A stretch of 64,000 bases of DNA from an uncultured bacterium (GTDB taxonomy: Bacteria > Fermentibacterota > Fermentibacteria > Fermentibacterales > Fermentibacteraceae): the NCBI GenBank assembly GCA_964564435.1, contig CAZMAT010000002.1, positions 140,002 through 204,001 on the forward strand, written 5' to 3'. Every line of letters starts with the position of its first letter. The first letter of the stretch is position 1. This document shows, piece by piece, positions 55,031 through 63,989 of this stretch. The notes under the pieces were generated by a model. It was not told the origin of the DNA, did no database searches, and saw nothing but the letters and a program-made list of their open reading frames with translations. Position numbers and translations under genes: made by a program.

Positions 55031-57964
55031 TCAGAGGGCTGGCGCGGACATCCCGCGGGCGTATGCAGCGGGGTCGGCCAGCATCCTTCCCAGAGTCTCC
55101 TCCGTGGCATCCGTCCTGGCGAGGGCCGCATAGCACAGGGCATGCTCGCCGAGGCGCGCGCACTCCCAGGCCAGGATCCCGGGGGACGTCCTGACCGACT
55201 CGAGTGTGAACCACTCCGCCCTGGCCTCCGCGACTGCCGGATCATCCGCGATCGAAGCGGCGAAGCCGGACAGGAGGGATCCCGCTCCGGGCTCCTCCAG
55301 CGCCGCCGAGTAGTACGCTCCGCACGCGTAGGCCGAACCGGCCTCCCCGGCTGCGAGGAACGAGATCATCGCGTCCAGGGCGTCGCCGACGCGAGCGGTG
55401 TCGCCCGCCTGAACAATCGTCGAGACGGCGCTGTTCTGGAGGTCGAACCTGTCCATGCGGTCCGTGGTCTCCAGATAGGAATCCATCTCGGATCTCAGGA
55501 AGGCGATCGTCGGATCGCCCGGGTGGGTCTCCTCGAAGCCCCGCAGCTCGTTCCATGCCCCTATGTGGTTCCCGAAGTGGAGGTCCACCTCCACCTGCAG
55601 CCAGACGTTGGCAGCCGTGCCGGGCTGGAGCGAGTCGACCACCCTCTCGAGCTGGCTCTCCCTGTCGTAATCCATGGCCACCTGCCCGAGGAGGACGGCG
55701 GTCTGTGAGAGCCTGGAGTCCGAACGGGCGGACGCGAAGCCGGCCAGGCGGTCCGCGGCCGAGAGGATGTACGACGCGGCGGAATCGCATCCCTGGATGC
55801 CATCGACGAGCCTTGCCGCAAGAAGGGCGTGCGTGGGGAGGAACTGCATCCATTCCGAAGGCATGGCCACGAAGAGGGACTCGGCTCGTGCGAGGGCGAT
55901 CCCGGCGCTGTCCGCCGAACCTCCGTCGTAGTGGGCGTCGACGAGCCTGTGGTAGGCCAGCACGTAGTTCCTGGCAAGCAGCACTGCCTGGTCGTCCTTG
56001 AAGATGCCGGGATCGTCCAGACCCTCGAAACGGTACGAATCCATCAGGCTCCAGCTCCGGCCCACGTCCACCATGCCGGTGCCGGGCTCGTCACCTACCC
56101 TGAAGGCGATCCCCTCCATGATCAGGTAGGGTTCGACGTAGATCCTGCTGTCCTCGGCGACGGTTCCTGCCAGATAGATGTCGCGTCCGTGGATGTCCCT
56201 GCGCGCCACCATCGAAAGCATCACGAGGTCCTGCATCCCGATCGAGCCCTGGACCCCGTAGGACTCCCCCGGCAGCGCGAGCGCGAAGTCGCCGCGCCGG
56301 ATCGCCCATGGCCAGGCCTGGGGGAACACGGATCGGAGAATCCCGCTGTCGGTCTCCGAGAGCAGAGGCATTCCGTCCTGCGTGACATGGAAGAAGTGCG
56401 GCCCCCAGATGAACACGGGGCGCATCGAGTCCACCAGGCCGAGATCCCCGAAGGGGATGAGCGCAGGGTCGCGGTCGAGGAGCTGGTACAGGTACCAGTC
56501 CGTGTTCATCAGGCTGAGGTTGCTGACGATGACGTCCCTCCTCACCCCGAGGACGGACTGCGCGAACCAGAGGGGGAAGGTGTCGTTGTCGCCGTTCGTT
56601 ATGAGCACGGCCCCCTCGGAGCACGATTCGAGGAGGTTGATGCCGTAGTCCCGCGCCACTACATCCCGGGAGCGGTCGCACATGAAGTAGTTCCCCGCCA
56701 GGCTGGCGACGGGCAGGAGCATCACGGCCCATGCGGCCTCGTCCCTGCGCGTGGCCGTCCTCAGGAAGGCACCTGCGCCGAACGCCGCGAAGACCGCGAA
56801 GAGGGCGAAGGAATCCGCATAGAAGTAGTCCCTCTCGCGCACCTCTCCTGTGGAGGAGGCGATCGGACCGGTCTTGAAATTGAGGTAGAAGATGAAGAAC
56901 GCGCTGGCCATCAGGAAGATAGTGCCGACATAGAGCAGGATGCGGCGGTTCCGCCGCCAGAGCAGCACGCACCCCCAGAGGGCCGAGATGGTGATTGCGA
57001 ACCTGATCGCGAAGAACAGCGGTGTACCCGCGGCGCCCAGCATCCTGTCCCAGGACTGCGGGAGGCCGGACTGCCATGAGAGATATCTGAAGTACTGGGC
57101 GATCTGCTCGGGCACCGGGCCCTTCCTGTCGAAGACGGAGACCTGGCCGTACTGCTCCCTTGCGAGCGCCGATCTGAAGGCGGGCCAGTCAGAGGGGTCG
57201 GTCTCGTTGATCTCGGGCCTCTGGACGGCCCTCAGGGGCATGTAGAGGTGCACGCTGAAGGCCAGGACCATCAGGCCCAGGGCTGTCGCCAGGAATCGGG
57301 GGCTCCTCCAGAGGGTCGACCTGCCCTTTGCCGCCGACAGGGCGTAGATCACGGCGATGCCGGGCACGGCTATGAGGGCCGCCAGATGCACTCCGACGGC
57401 CATGGTTAGGAGATAGAGGACGAGATAGAGCTGCCTGTCGGCCGGGCGCAACTCCTCCGTCCGCACGATCCAGATGTCGAAGACCCAGATGGCTGTCACC
57501 GCGATGCACTCCGAGATGGCGTAGGTCTCCATCGCGTTGTTGTTCTGCCATACCGTGAAGCTGAAACCGGCGAGCAGGGCCGCTGCAACGGACACCGGCC
57601 TGTAGAGGGATGGCGGAAGCCCCATCCTGACGGACCAGCGCTGGGTGAGCCTGGCCAGGAGAGCCATCGAGACGGCTCCGGCGATCACGCACATGAGGTT
57701 CGTCCTGGTGGCGATGTCGGGGATGAACCCGAACAGCAGGGTGGAGAACCTGCCCAGGAGGACGAAGAGCGGGACGCATGGCGGGTGCGGTATCCCGGCG
57801 ATCCAGGAGCAGGCGATGTACTCGCCGCTGTCCCAGAAGCTGACGGTCCTGGCCATGGTCAGCAGATAGACCAGGCCGACGATGATCCCGGCCGCCGCAG
57901 CGAACCAGCGGTCGGTCGGAACCGTCCTGTGAACGGGATCCGTGTGGCCTCCGCCCTGACTCAT
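55031..57964 (-). CDS. DUF2723/TMEM260-like GT-C fold membrane protein with large C-terminal domain
   Basis: 977 aa. The N-terminal multi-TM region has a WDSGEY (DE-like) motif in the first loop. The C-terminal ~450 aa is soluble and helical. ATGA overlap with xerD. Confidence 0.55.
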   Translation of the reverse strand: MSQGGGHTDPVHRTVPTDRWFAAAAGIIVGLVYLLTMARTVSFWDSGEYIACSWIAGIPHPPCVPLFVLLGRFSTLLFGFIPDIATRTNLMCVIAGAVSMALLARLTQRWSVRMGLPPSLYRPVSVAAALLAGFSFTVWQNNNAMETYAISECIAVTAIWVFDIWIVRTEELRPADRQLYLVLYLLTMAVGVHLAALIAVPGIAVIYALSAAKGRSTLWRSPRFLATALGLMVLAFSVHLYMPLRAVQRPEINETDPSDWPAFRSALAREQYGQVSVFDRKGPVPEQIAQYFRYLSWQSGLPQSWDRMLGAAGTPLFFAIRFAITISALWGCVLLWRRNRRILLYVGTIFLMASAFFIFYLNFKTGPIASSTGEVRERDYFYADSFALFAVFAAFGAGAFLRTATRRDEAAWAVMLLPVASLAGNYFMCDRSRDVVARDYGINLLESCSEGAVLITNGDNDTFPLWFAQSVLGVRRDVIVSNLSLMNTDWYLYQLLDRDPALIPFGDLGLVDSMRPVFIWGPHFFHVTQDGMPLLSETDSGILRSVFPQAWPWAIRRGDFALALPGESYGVQGSIGMQDLVMLSMVARRDIHGRDIYLAGTVAEDSRIYVEPYLIMEGIAFRVGDEPGTGMVDVGRSWSLMDSYRFEGLDDPGIFKDDQAVLLARNYVLAYHRLVDAHYDGGSADSAGIALARAESLFVAMPSEWMQFLPTHALLAARLVDGIQGCDSAASYILSAADRLAGFASARSDSRLSQTAVLLGQVAMDYDRESQLERVVDSLQPGTAANVWLQVEVDLHFGNHIGAWNELRGFEETHPGDPTIAFLRSEMDSYLETTDRMDRFDLQNSAVSTIVQAGDTARVGDALDAMISFLAAGEAGSAYACGAYYSAALEEPGAGSLLSGFAASIADDPAVAEARAEWFTLESVRTSPGILAWECARLGEHALCYAALARTDATEETLGRMLADPAAYARGMSAPAL

Positions 57965-58869
57965 CCCTCGTCCTCTCCTCTGGGGTGCGCCCTTCTGTAG
58001 ACTTCCCTGAGCCTGTCCCCGGTAAGGTGTGTGTATATCTGAGTCGTGGAGAGGCTGGCATGCCCCAGCATCTCCTGCACCGCCCTCAGGTCAGCCCCGT
58101 TGTCGAGTAGGTGGGTGGCGAAGCTGTGCCTGAAGGTGTGAGGGGTCGCACCCAGCGTCCTGGATGCGCCGCAGAGCCCTCTGGCGACTATCCTCCTTAT
58201 GTCCCTGGGATCGAGCCTCCTGCCGTTCCTGCTCACGAAGAGCCAGGGCGCCGAGGGGTCCCTCCTGGTGAACGACGGCCTTACGGACAGCCAGGAAGAT
58301 ATGACTGCGACCGACATTTCCGCCACAGGCACGATCCTGTCCCTTCCCCCCTTGCCGGAGACTATCCGCAGCATGCAGCGCTCGAGGTCGAGATCCTCGA
58401 GCCTTGCGGCTGAAGCCTCCGAGACCCTTGCGCCCGAGCCGTACAGGAGCTCCACGACCGCCCTGTCCCTCATGCCCGCCGCCGTGGATGTGTCGTAGGA
58501 CTCGAGTATGGACATCACCTCCGAGACACCCAGGAATCCCGGCAGCCTGCGCGGGGCCTTCGGCATCGGCAGGCGCGAGGCCTGCGAACCCACCGACCCG
58601 CCGCCGAGTTCGAGCCAGCCCTCGAGGGCCCTGAGAGCGGAGATCTCGCGGGAGACCGACCTCGGGGAGAGCCCGCGCTCCGATTCGCCCCTCACGAACG
58701 CTCTGAGTGTATCCGAATCGAACCTCGGGGTTCCTTCGCAGAAGTCGAGGAACTTGCGGAGATCCGACATGTACGAGGATGCCGTCCGGACGGACAGGCC
58801 CCTGGTGCCGGTGAGCCAGGAGGAGAAGGCTCCTAGGAGTTCCCGGCCGGCTTCCGGCAGCTCGGACAC
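57961..58869 (-). CDS. xerD: tyrosine recombinase XerC/XerD family
   Basis: R...HxxR...Y catalytic set (ARVSE..., HTFRHSFATHLL, LGHASLSTTQIYTH). GTG start chosen by alignment; ATG 58911 is an alternative. The 5' end overlaps the topA 3' end by 37 nt. Confidence 0.8.
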   Translation of the reverse strand: MSELPEAGRELLGAFSSWLTGTRGLSVRTASSYMSDLRKFLDFCEGTPRFDSDTLRAFVRGESERGLSPRSVSREISALRALEGWLELGGGSVGSQASRLPMPKAPRRLPGFLGVSEVMSILESYDTSTAAGMRDRAVVELLYGSGARVSEASAARLEDLDLERCMLRIVSGKGGRDRIVPVAEMSVAVISSWLSVRPSFTRRDPSAPWLFVSRNGRRLDPRDIRRIVARGLCGASRTLGATPHTFRHSFATHLLDNGADLRAVQEMLGHASLSTTQIYTHLTGDRLREVYRRAHPRGEDEG

Positions 58870-61019
58870 ATCAGCCCCTTCGCGGTCTCCTCGAGGTACG
58901 GGAAGCCGCATCTCTCGCAGTTGCGAGCCACGGGCTTCCTCCACGAGGCGTGCCTGCACTCGGGGTAGCGGCTGCAGGAATAGAAGATACGCCCTTTCTT
59001 CGATCTGCGCTCGACGAGCTCGCCGCTGCATCCCTCCTCGGGGCAGGCCACACCGGTCGGGGCCGGTTCGGTGTGACGGCAATCCACCCCGGAGCAGCCC
59101 AGGTACCTTCCGAACCTGCCCGTCCGGAACACGAGCGGGGAGCCGCATTCAGGGCATTTCCTCCCGCTGTCGACCGCCGTTTCGGCCGACTTCCTGAACC
59201 TGCACGAGGGATAGTCCGAGCAGGAGAGGTAGCTGCCGAACCTGCCGGGCTTGAGGAGCAGAGGCGAACCGCACTGGGGGCACTTCTCGCCGGTCTGGCG
59301 CGAGAGCCCGCTCCGCACCCGCCCGAGGTTCTCGACGGCCGACTTGAGGGACTGCTCGAGGGGCTCCTGGAGCCGTGAGACAGCCTCTTCGTAGCTCGTG
59401 CCGCCGGAAGCCACGCTGTCGAGCATCTCCTCCATGGACGCAGTGAAGGATGTCTCGAAGATGGCAGGGAAGAGCTCCACGAGGAGCCGCACGGTCGCAG
59501 TGCCGAGCTCGGTGGGCCTGAGCCTCTTCTCGCTGAGCACCACGTAGCTCCTCTTCCTGATGGTGTCTATGATGCTCACATAGGTCGACGGGCGGCCTAT
59601 CCCGAGCTTCTTCATCTCGGCCACCAGCCCTGCCTCCGTGAACCTGGACGGAGGCTTGGTGAAGCACTGCTCGGCCGTCACGTCGAGGAGCCCGGCCCGG
59701 CCTTCGGCGAGGGAGCCGGGCATCGGCGACTCGATCGAAGCCTGGCCGGGGTCTATCGTGAGGAATCCTCTCGATCTAAGCGCTTCTCCCGTAGCCCGGA
59801 ACTCGTAGACGCCTCCCGTGAACGTCACCGCAGTGCGGTCGACGATGGCGTCGGCGGCCTGGGATGCTGTGAAGCGCCTCCAGATCAGGCCGTAGAGCCT
59901 GAGATGCTGGTCCGGTATCCTGCCTTTAAGCATCTCCGGGGTCCTGGCGGGATCGGTCGGCCTTATGGCCTCGTGCGCGTCCTGCGAGCCTGAAGAACTC
60001 CTGAATCTCCTCGGCGAGGCAGGGAGCATCCCGGGACCGAAGGCGGCCTCCAGGAATTCCCTGGCGGCCAGCTGCGCCTCCGGGGCTATCCTGACCGAAT
60101 CGGTCCTCATGTACGTGATCAGGCCCGAGTGCTCTCCGCCGATGTCCATGCCCTCGTAAAGCTCCTGGGCCAGGGACATGGTCCTGGAGGGAGACAGCCC
60201 GAGCGTGCTGGACGCGCTCTGCTGGAGGGTGCTCGTGATGAACGGAGGCAGCGGCCTGAGGGTGGCCTCCTTGCGCTCGATCGAGGACAGCATCCACGAT
60301 TCGGCCCGGATCGCCGGGAGGAGCCTGTCGACCTCCTCCTTCGATCCTGGTGCGTGCCTGTCGCCGTCGGCCCGCTTCCCCGCGATCCGGACGAGCGTGG
60401 TGGAGACATCCTCCCCTCCCTGCCCGAAGCGCGCCTTCACGGGCCAGTACTCCACGGGGACGAAGGAGGCGATCTGATCCTCCCTCTCCTGCACGAGCCT
60501 CAGCGCGACGGACTGGACCCTGCCTGCGCTGAGCCCCGAGCTTATGGCACGCCAGAGGTAGGGGCTGATCCTGTATCCCACCAGGCGGTCCATCACGCGC
60601 CTTGCCTGCTGGGCATCGACGAGGTCCATGTCGATCCCGCCGGCCTTCTTGAGCGAACCCAGTACGGCGTCCTTCGTTATCTCGTTGAACTTCATCCTCT
60701 TGAACTTCACGCCATCCCTCTTCAGTAGCTCGGAGAGGTGCCAGCAGATGGCCTCGCCCTCCCTGTCGGGGTCGGCTGCGAGATAGATGGTGTCGTACTT
60801 CTTCGCGATCCTCCTCAGGTCGTCGATCGTCGACCTCTTCTCAGGCAGGATCGTGTACTGGGGCTTGAAGCCGGAATCCGTGGAAACGCCCAGGCGCTGC
60901 CTGGGCAGGTCGCGGACATGGCCCATGGATGCGACGATCTCGAAGTCTCCGCCGAGGTATCCCCTGAGCGTCCGGGCCTTGGCGGGGGATTCTATTATGA
61001 CGAGGCTTCCCGCGCTCAT
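58833..61019 (-). CDS. topA: DNA topoisomerase I with C-terminal zinc-ribbon repeats
   Basis: TOPRIM N-terminus LVIIESPAKART. The active-site region (...YMRTDS...) and three C4 zinc ribbons (CPQCGSPL..., CPECGSPL..., CERCGFPY...) are present. The long ORF is trimmed to the Met giving 728 aa. Confidence 0.88.
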   Translation of the reverse strand: MSAGSLVIIESPAKARTLRGYLGGDFEIVASMGHVRDLPRQRLGVSTDSGFKPQYTILPEKRSTIDDLRRIAKKYDTIYLAADPDREGEAICWHLSELLKRDGVKFKRMKFNEITKDAVLGSLKKAGGIDMDLVDAQQARRVMDRLVGYRISPYLWRAISSGLSAGRVQSVALRLVQEREDQIASFVPVEYWPVKARFGQGGEDVSTTLVRIAGKRADGDRHAPGSKEEVDRLLPAIRAESWMLSSIERKEATLRPLPPFITSTLQQSASSTLGLSPSRTMSLAQELYEGMDIGGEHSGLITYMRTDSVRIAPEAQLAAREFLEAAFGPGMLPASPRRFRSSSGSQDAHEAIRPTDPARTPEMLKGRIPDQHLRLYGLIWRRFTASQAADAIVDRTAVTFTGGVYEFRATGEALRSRGFLTIDPGQASIESPMPGSLAEGRAGLLDVTAEQCFTKPPSRFTEAGLVAEMKKLGIGRPSTYVSIIDTIRKRSYVVLSEKRLRPTELGTATVRLLVELFPAIFETSFTASMEEMLDSVASGGTSYEEAVSRLQEPLEQSLKSAVENLGRVRSGLSRQTGEKCPQCGSPLLLKPGRFGSYLSCSDYPSCRFRKSAETAVDSGRKCPECGSPLVFRTGRFGRYLGCSGVDCRHTEPAPTGVACPEEGCSGELVERRSKKGRIFYSCSRYPECRHASWRKPVARNCERCGFPYLEETAKGLMCPSCRKPAGNS

Positions 61020-61066
61020 CTCGGTTCCGTCACTGTCTTTCCGACGGCGGGATGCGGGTTGGCGGC

Positions 61067-62428
61067 TCAGTAGCGGGCCATCCAGTCCTGCAGGGGACCC
61101 GAGAGGATGCTCCAGACCTCCTGGTTCGTGGTCCCGGCGCAGTTCTGGAAGTCGACCGGGCCCATGCAGGCCGACACCGCCGGGAAGCTCGCCCTGACGA
61201 AGGACACCGTCCTCACCGGGTAGTACTCGCTCTCGCTGTAGTAGAACACGAGTTCGTCGACGGGTCCCTCGCCCAGCCATGCCGTCAGCGCCCTGAGGAG
61301 CGCGTACCTGTAGGTGTCCTCCACCGGGTGCAGTATGGTCACCGCGGCGACGACCGTGCTGTCGGGCATCCTGAAGACCGCGAACCTGTCCAGGGTGATC
61401 GGGATCGAAGCTGCGATCCTGGCCAGGTCGCCTTCGAGCATCTCCCCGGCTTCGGCCATGACATCGATCCCGGACGGCGCCTGGGTCTCGAGGGGCACGG
61501 CCGGAGCGTCCGTTATGGAATCGGCTCCCGGGGGGAGCGGAAGGCCGGAAAGGGATGACAGGATGTCCTCGTCGCCGGGATTGTCCGGACCCTGGATGGC
61601 CGTCGAATCGGGCGTCAGGGCCAGCGTGTCCGCAGGAATGGTGTCGGGAGGCGCCACTGATGTGGAATCTGCCGGTTCCGCATCCGGGGGTGCGGCGTGG
61701 AACAGCCCGAGCGGGTCGAGGAGGTAGAAAGCCGCGAGAAGTCCCAGAACGGCCACTCCCGCCGCGACGTACGCGATGTTCCTGGATCCGCCCCTGCCCT
61801 GCGACGCCGGTGCAGCCTGCATGGTCTGGTCGGAGCCATGCCTGGACTGGGGTCTGGACGTGGCCGTGCGCGCGAGGGGCGCATCCACGACCTTGCCGTC
61901 CGCGGCGCACTTCTGGCAGACATGGGCGATCCTGTCGAAGCAGTCGCGGCACGTCAGCTCGGCGCAGGAGCGGCATGGCGCCAGCTTCTCCCCTCCCGTG
62001 GGGGTCCTGCCGCATACGTGGCAGCGCTCGATGGACAGGACCTCCTCGCTGGCGGAGGTGACCGAAAGCTTCTCCTCGTGCTTGACGGGGGGTGGAGGGG
62101 TGTGGGAGGCCGAATCATCCAGCTCCCCGAAATCCTCTTCCTCCTCCTGGACCCGGGGCGGCTCCATGGGAGCCTCCTCCTGCTGGTCCTCGACGGTCTC
62201 CATCCTCGGGAGCAGGTCGACGAAGGGATACAGCCTGTTCTGTATGACTCTGGCCCGGCCCATCGGCACGGCCTCCAGCAGGACCAGCGGGGCCTTGTCG
62301 ACGGATGACCTTGCTTCCTCGCGGGTCATGTGCAGCTCGGACACGAGGAGTTCCAGGACGCGCTGCTTCTCCTCCTCCCTGCCGAGCCGGACGAGGAGGA
62401 GATCGACGAGAGCTTCCGAGAGGTCCAT
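61067..62428 (-). CDS. hypothetical membrane protein with cytoplasmic zinc-ribbon and periplasmic/extracytoplasmic C-terminal domain
   Basis: 453 aa. N-terminal ~70-aa helical domain, an acidic linker, a C4 zinc ribbon (CHVCGR...CRSC...CRDC...CQKC), one TM helix, and a C-terminal ~200-aa domain. Confidence 0.45.
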   Translation of the reverse strand: MDLSEALVDLLLVRLGREEEKQRVLELLVSELHMTREEARSSVDKAPLVLLEAVPMGRARVIQNRLYPFVDLLPRMETVEDQQEEAPMEPPRVQEEEEDFGELDDSASHTPPPPVKHEEKLSVTSASEEVLSIERCHVCGRTPTGGEKLAPCRSCAELTCRDCFDRIAHVCQKCAADGKVVDAPLARTATSRPQSRHGSDQTMQAAPASQGRGGSRNIAYVAAGVAVLGLLAAFYLLDPLGLFHAAPPDAEPADSTSVAPPDTIPADTLALTPDSTAIQGPDNPGDEDILSSLSGLPLPPGADSITDAPAVPLETQAPSGIDVMAEAGEMLEGDLARIAASIPITLDRFAVFRMPDSTVVAAVTILHPVEDTYRYALLRALTAWLGEGPVDELVFYYSESEYYPVRTVSFVRASFPAVSACMGPVDFQNCAGTTNQEVWSILSGPLQDWMARY

Positions 62429-62513
62429 CAGACCATCCCCCTGTCTTCTTCGTATCCGCCTTGCGGATCGACGGGAGGCACCGGGCCCGGATCCGGGATC
62501 GCCGGGTCGTCCG

Positions 62514-63116
62514 TCATGCCGTTCCCTCGTCGGCCTCGAACTGCCGGTGCAGCCTGGTGATTACCATGCGGCTCACCTTGCGAAGGGTCTCGAAGACACC
62601 GATACCCTTTGCCGCCACGGCTTCGACGATGGGTATGCGGCTCAGCCCGAGAGTCTCGCTGATCTCCTCCACCGAGGCTATGTCGGGCAGATCGCGCTTG
62701 TTGCACTGGAGGACGAGGCTGACGCCCTTCCTCTTCTGGTTCTTGAGATTGTCCCTGAGATCCCTGAGCGAGGCGATGTTAGCCTCCATCCTGTCCCTCT
62801 GGGAGTCGGCGACGAATACGATGCCGTCTACGCCCTGGAGGATCAGCCTCCTGCTGTCGGAGTACATGGCCTGCCCCGGGACGCTGTAGAGATGGAGCCT
62901 GATCTTGAACCCGTTGATCGTTCCGGTATCGAGGGGGAGGAAGTCGAAGAACAGGGTCCTCTCGTTGCCGGCGGCGAGGGAGATGAGCTTGCCCCTGTTG
63001 TCGGCGGGAACCTCACCGTGGATGACCTTGACGTTGGTCGTCTTGCCGGAGAGCCCCGGACCGCAGTAGACGATCTTGCAGTCGATCTCGCGGGCGCTGT
63101 AGCTGACGGTCGCCAA
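62514..63116 (-). CDS. mglA: MglA-like Ras-family small GTPase (paralog 2, closest to canonical MglA)
   Basis: CKIVYCGPGLSGKTTNV...RTLFFDFLPLD...IRLHLYSVPGQ...VFVADSQRDRMEAN...QCNKRDLP...GIGVFETL. Very close to Myxococcus/Thermus MglA. Confidence 0.85.
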   Translation of the reverse strand: MATVSYSAREIDCKIVYCGPGLSGKTTNVKVIHGEVPADNRGKLISLAAGNERTLFFDFLPLDTGTINGFKIRLHLYSVPGQAMYSDSRRLILQGVDGIVFVADSQRDRMEANIASLRDLRDNLKNQKRKGVSLVLQCNKRDLPDIASVEEISETLGLSRIPIVEAVAAKGIGVFETLRKVSRMVITRLHRQFEADEGTA

Positions 63117-63119
63117 GCG

Positions 63120-63314
63120 TCACTCCCCCCCGGGCTGCCCTGAGCCGGGATGGCTCTGGTTGTCGTCCATGCCGTCACGGATGCCCTTCTTGAACTCCCT
63201 CAGGGCCTGTCCGAGGGATCTGGCGATGTCCGGTATCCGCTTCGCCCCGAAGAGCAGGAGCAGAGCCACGACTATCAGGCCTATCTCCAGGGGCGAAGGA
63301 CGGAACATACCCAC
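63120..63314 (-). CDS. tatA: twin-arginine translocase subunit TatA/E
   Basis: MGMFRPSPLEIGLIVVALLLLFGAKRIPDIARSLGQALREFKKG has the typical TatA TM helix plus amphipathic helix. 64 aa. Confidence 0.8.
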   Translation of the reverse strand: MGMFRPSPLEIGLIVVALLLLFGAKRIPDIARSLGQALREFKKGIRDGMDDNQSHPGSGQPGGE

Positions 63315-63326
63315 CTCCAGGCGGGG

Positions 63327-63599
63327 TCAGAACCACCTGTAGAGGACGCCTACCAGTATCAGCCCGAGGAAGCTCATCAGGTTGACCCTGAAGGCTATCT
63401 CCTCGAGAGCGAATCTCATCACCACGAGGTCCAGCCGGAAGGGTCCGAGCGAGAACTCGAGCGAGCCGGCGAAGAAGGATCTGAGCGTGGTCGCCGTGTC
63501 GGGGAGGATCAGGGCCATGCCCTCGCCGAATGCCGTACCCGCCATCATCCCCAGCAGGGACATCGCTATCCAGAACCCGGGTGGTCTCTTGTTGAGCAA
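63327..63599 (-). CDS. small membrane protein (90 aa), unknown function
   Basis: Two predicted TM helices. It sits between tatA and the next membrane-protein gene. Confidence 0.35.
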   Translation of the reverse strand: MLNKRPPGFWIAMSLLGMMAGTAFGEGMALILPDTATTLRSFFAGSLEFSLGPFRLDLVVMRFALEEIAFRVNLMSFLGLILVGVLYRWF

Positions 63600-63623
63600 T
63601 TCGCCTCCGACGACAGCCCGAAT

Positions 63624-63989
63624 CTATTCTTGGCCCGGTTCCCGAACAAGCCCGCCCTGCAGGCGCGCCATCACACCCGACCTCATCAGGGATGCCGAGG
63701 CGATGCCGACTATCGCGCCGGAAAACACGGCCCACGCTGCGGCCGGCGGCAGAAGCGCCCGCACGGGAAGGCCCGGGAGTATGGCGCATGCGGCTATGAG
63801 CTGGGCGGCCATGCCGGCTGCGCTCCCTGCCACCGAGAGGGCGGTGATGGACAGGCGCCCGGGCACCAGCCGGGAGCATGACCCCATCATCAATGCCGAC
63901 GAAAGAGCGCTGCTCATGGACAGGACGAACGAGGGAGTCGCCAGGGTGCCCGTCGCCAGGGCCACGGCAAGGCATCTGGTGGCGTTCAC
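63624..63989 (-). CDS. polytopic membrane protein, probably truncated by the window end
   Basis: 121 aa, hydrophobic, Ala/Gly-rich. The start at 63989 is only 11 nt from the window edge, so the true start may lie outside. Confidence 0.3.
   Translation of the reverse strand: MNATRCLAVALATGTLATPSFVLSMSSALSSALMMGSCSRLVPGRLSITALSVAGSAAGMAAQLIAACAILPGLPVRALLPPAAAWAVFSGAIVGIASASLMRSGVMARLQGGLVREPGQE

Noticed and set aside
57961-58869. Integrative mobile element at the tyrosine recombinase
   Set aside because: The recombinase is sandwiched between topA and envelope genes with overlapping coding regions. No phage, transposase or cargo genes, no flanking direct repeats, and uniform GC content.
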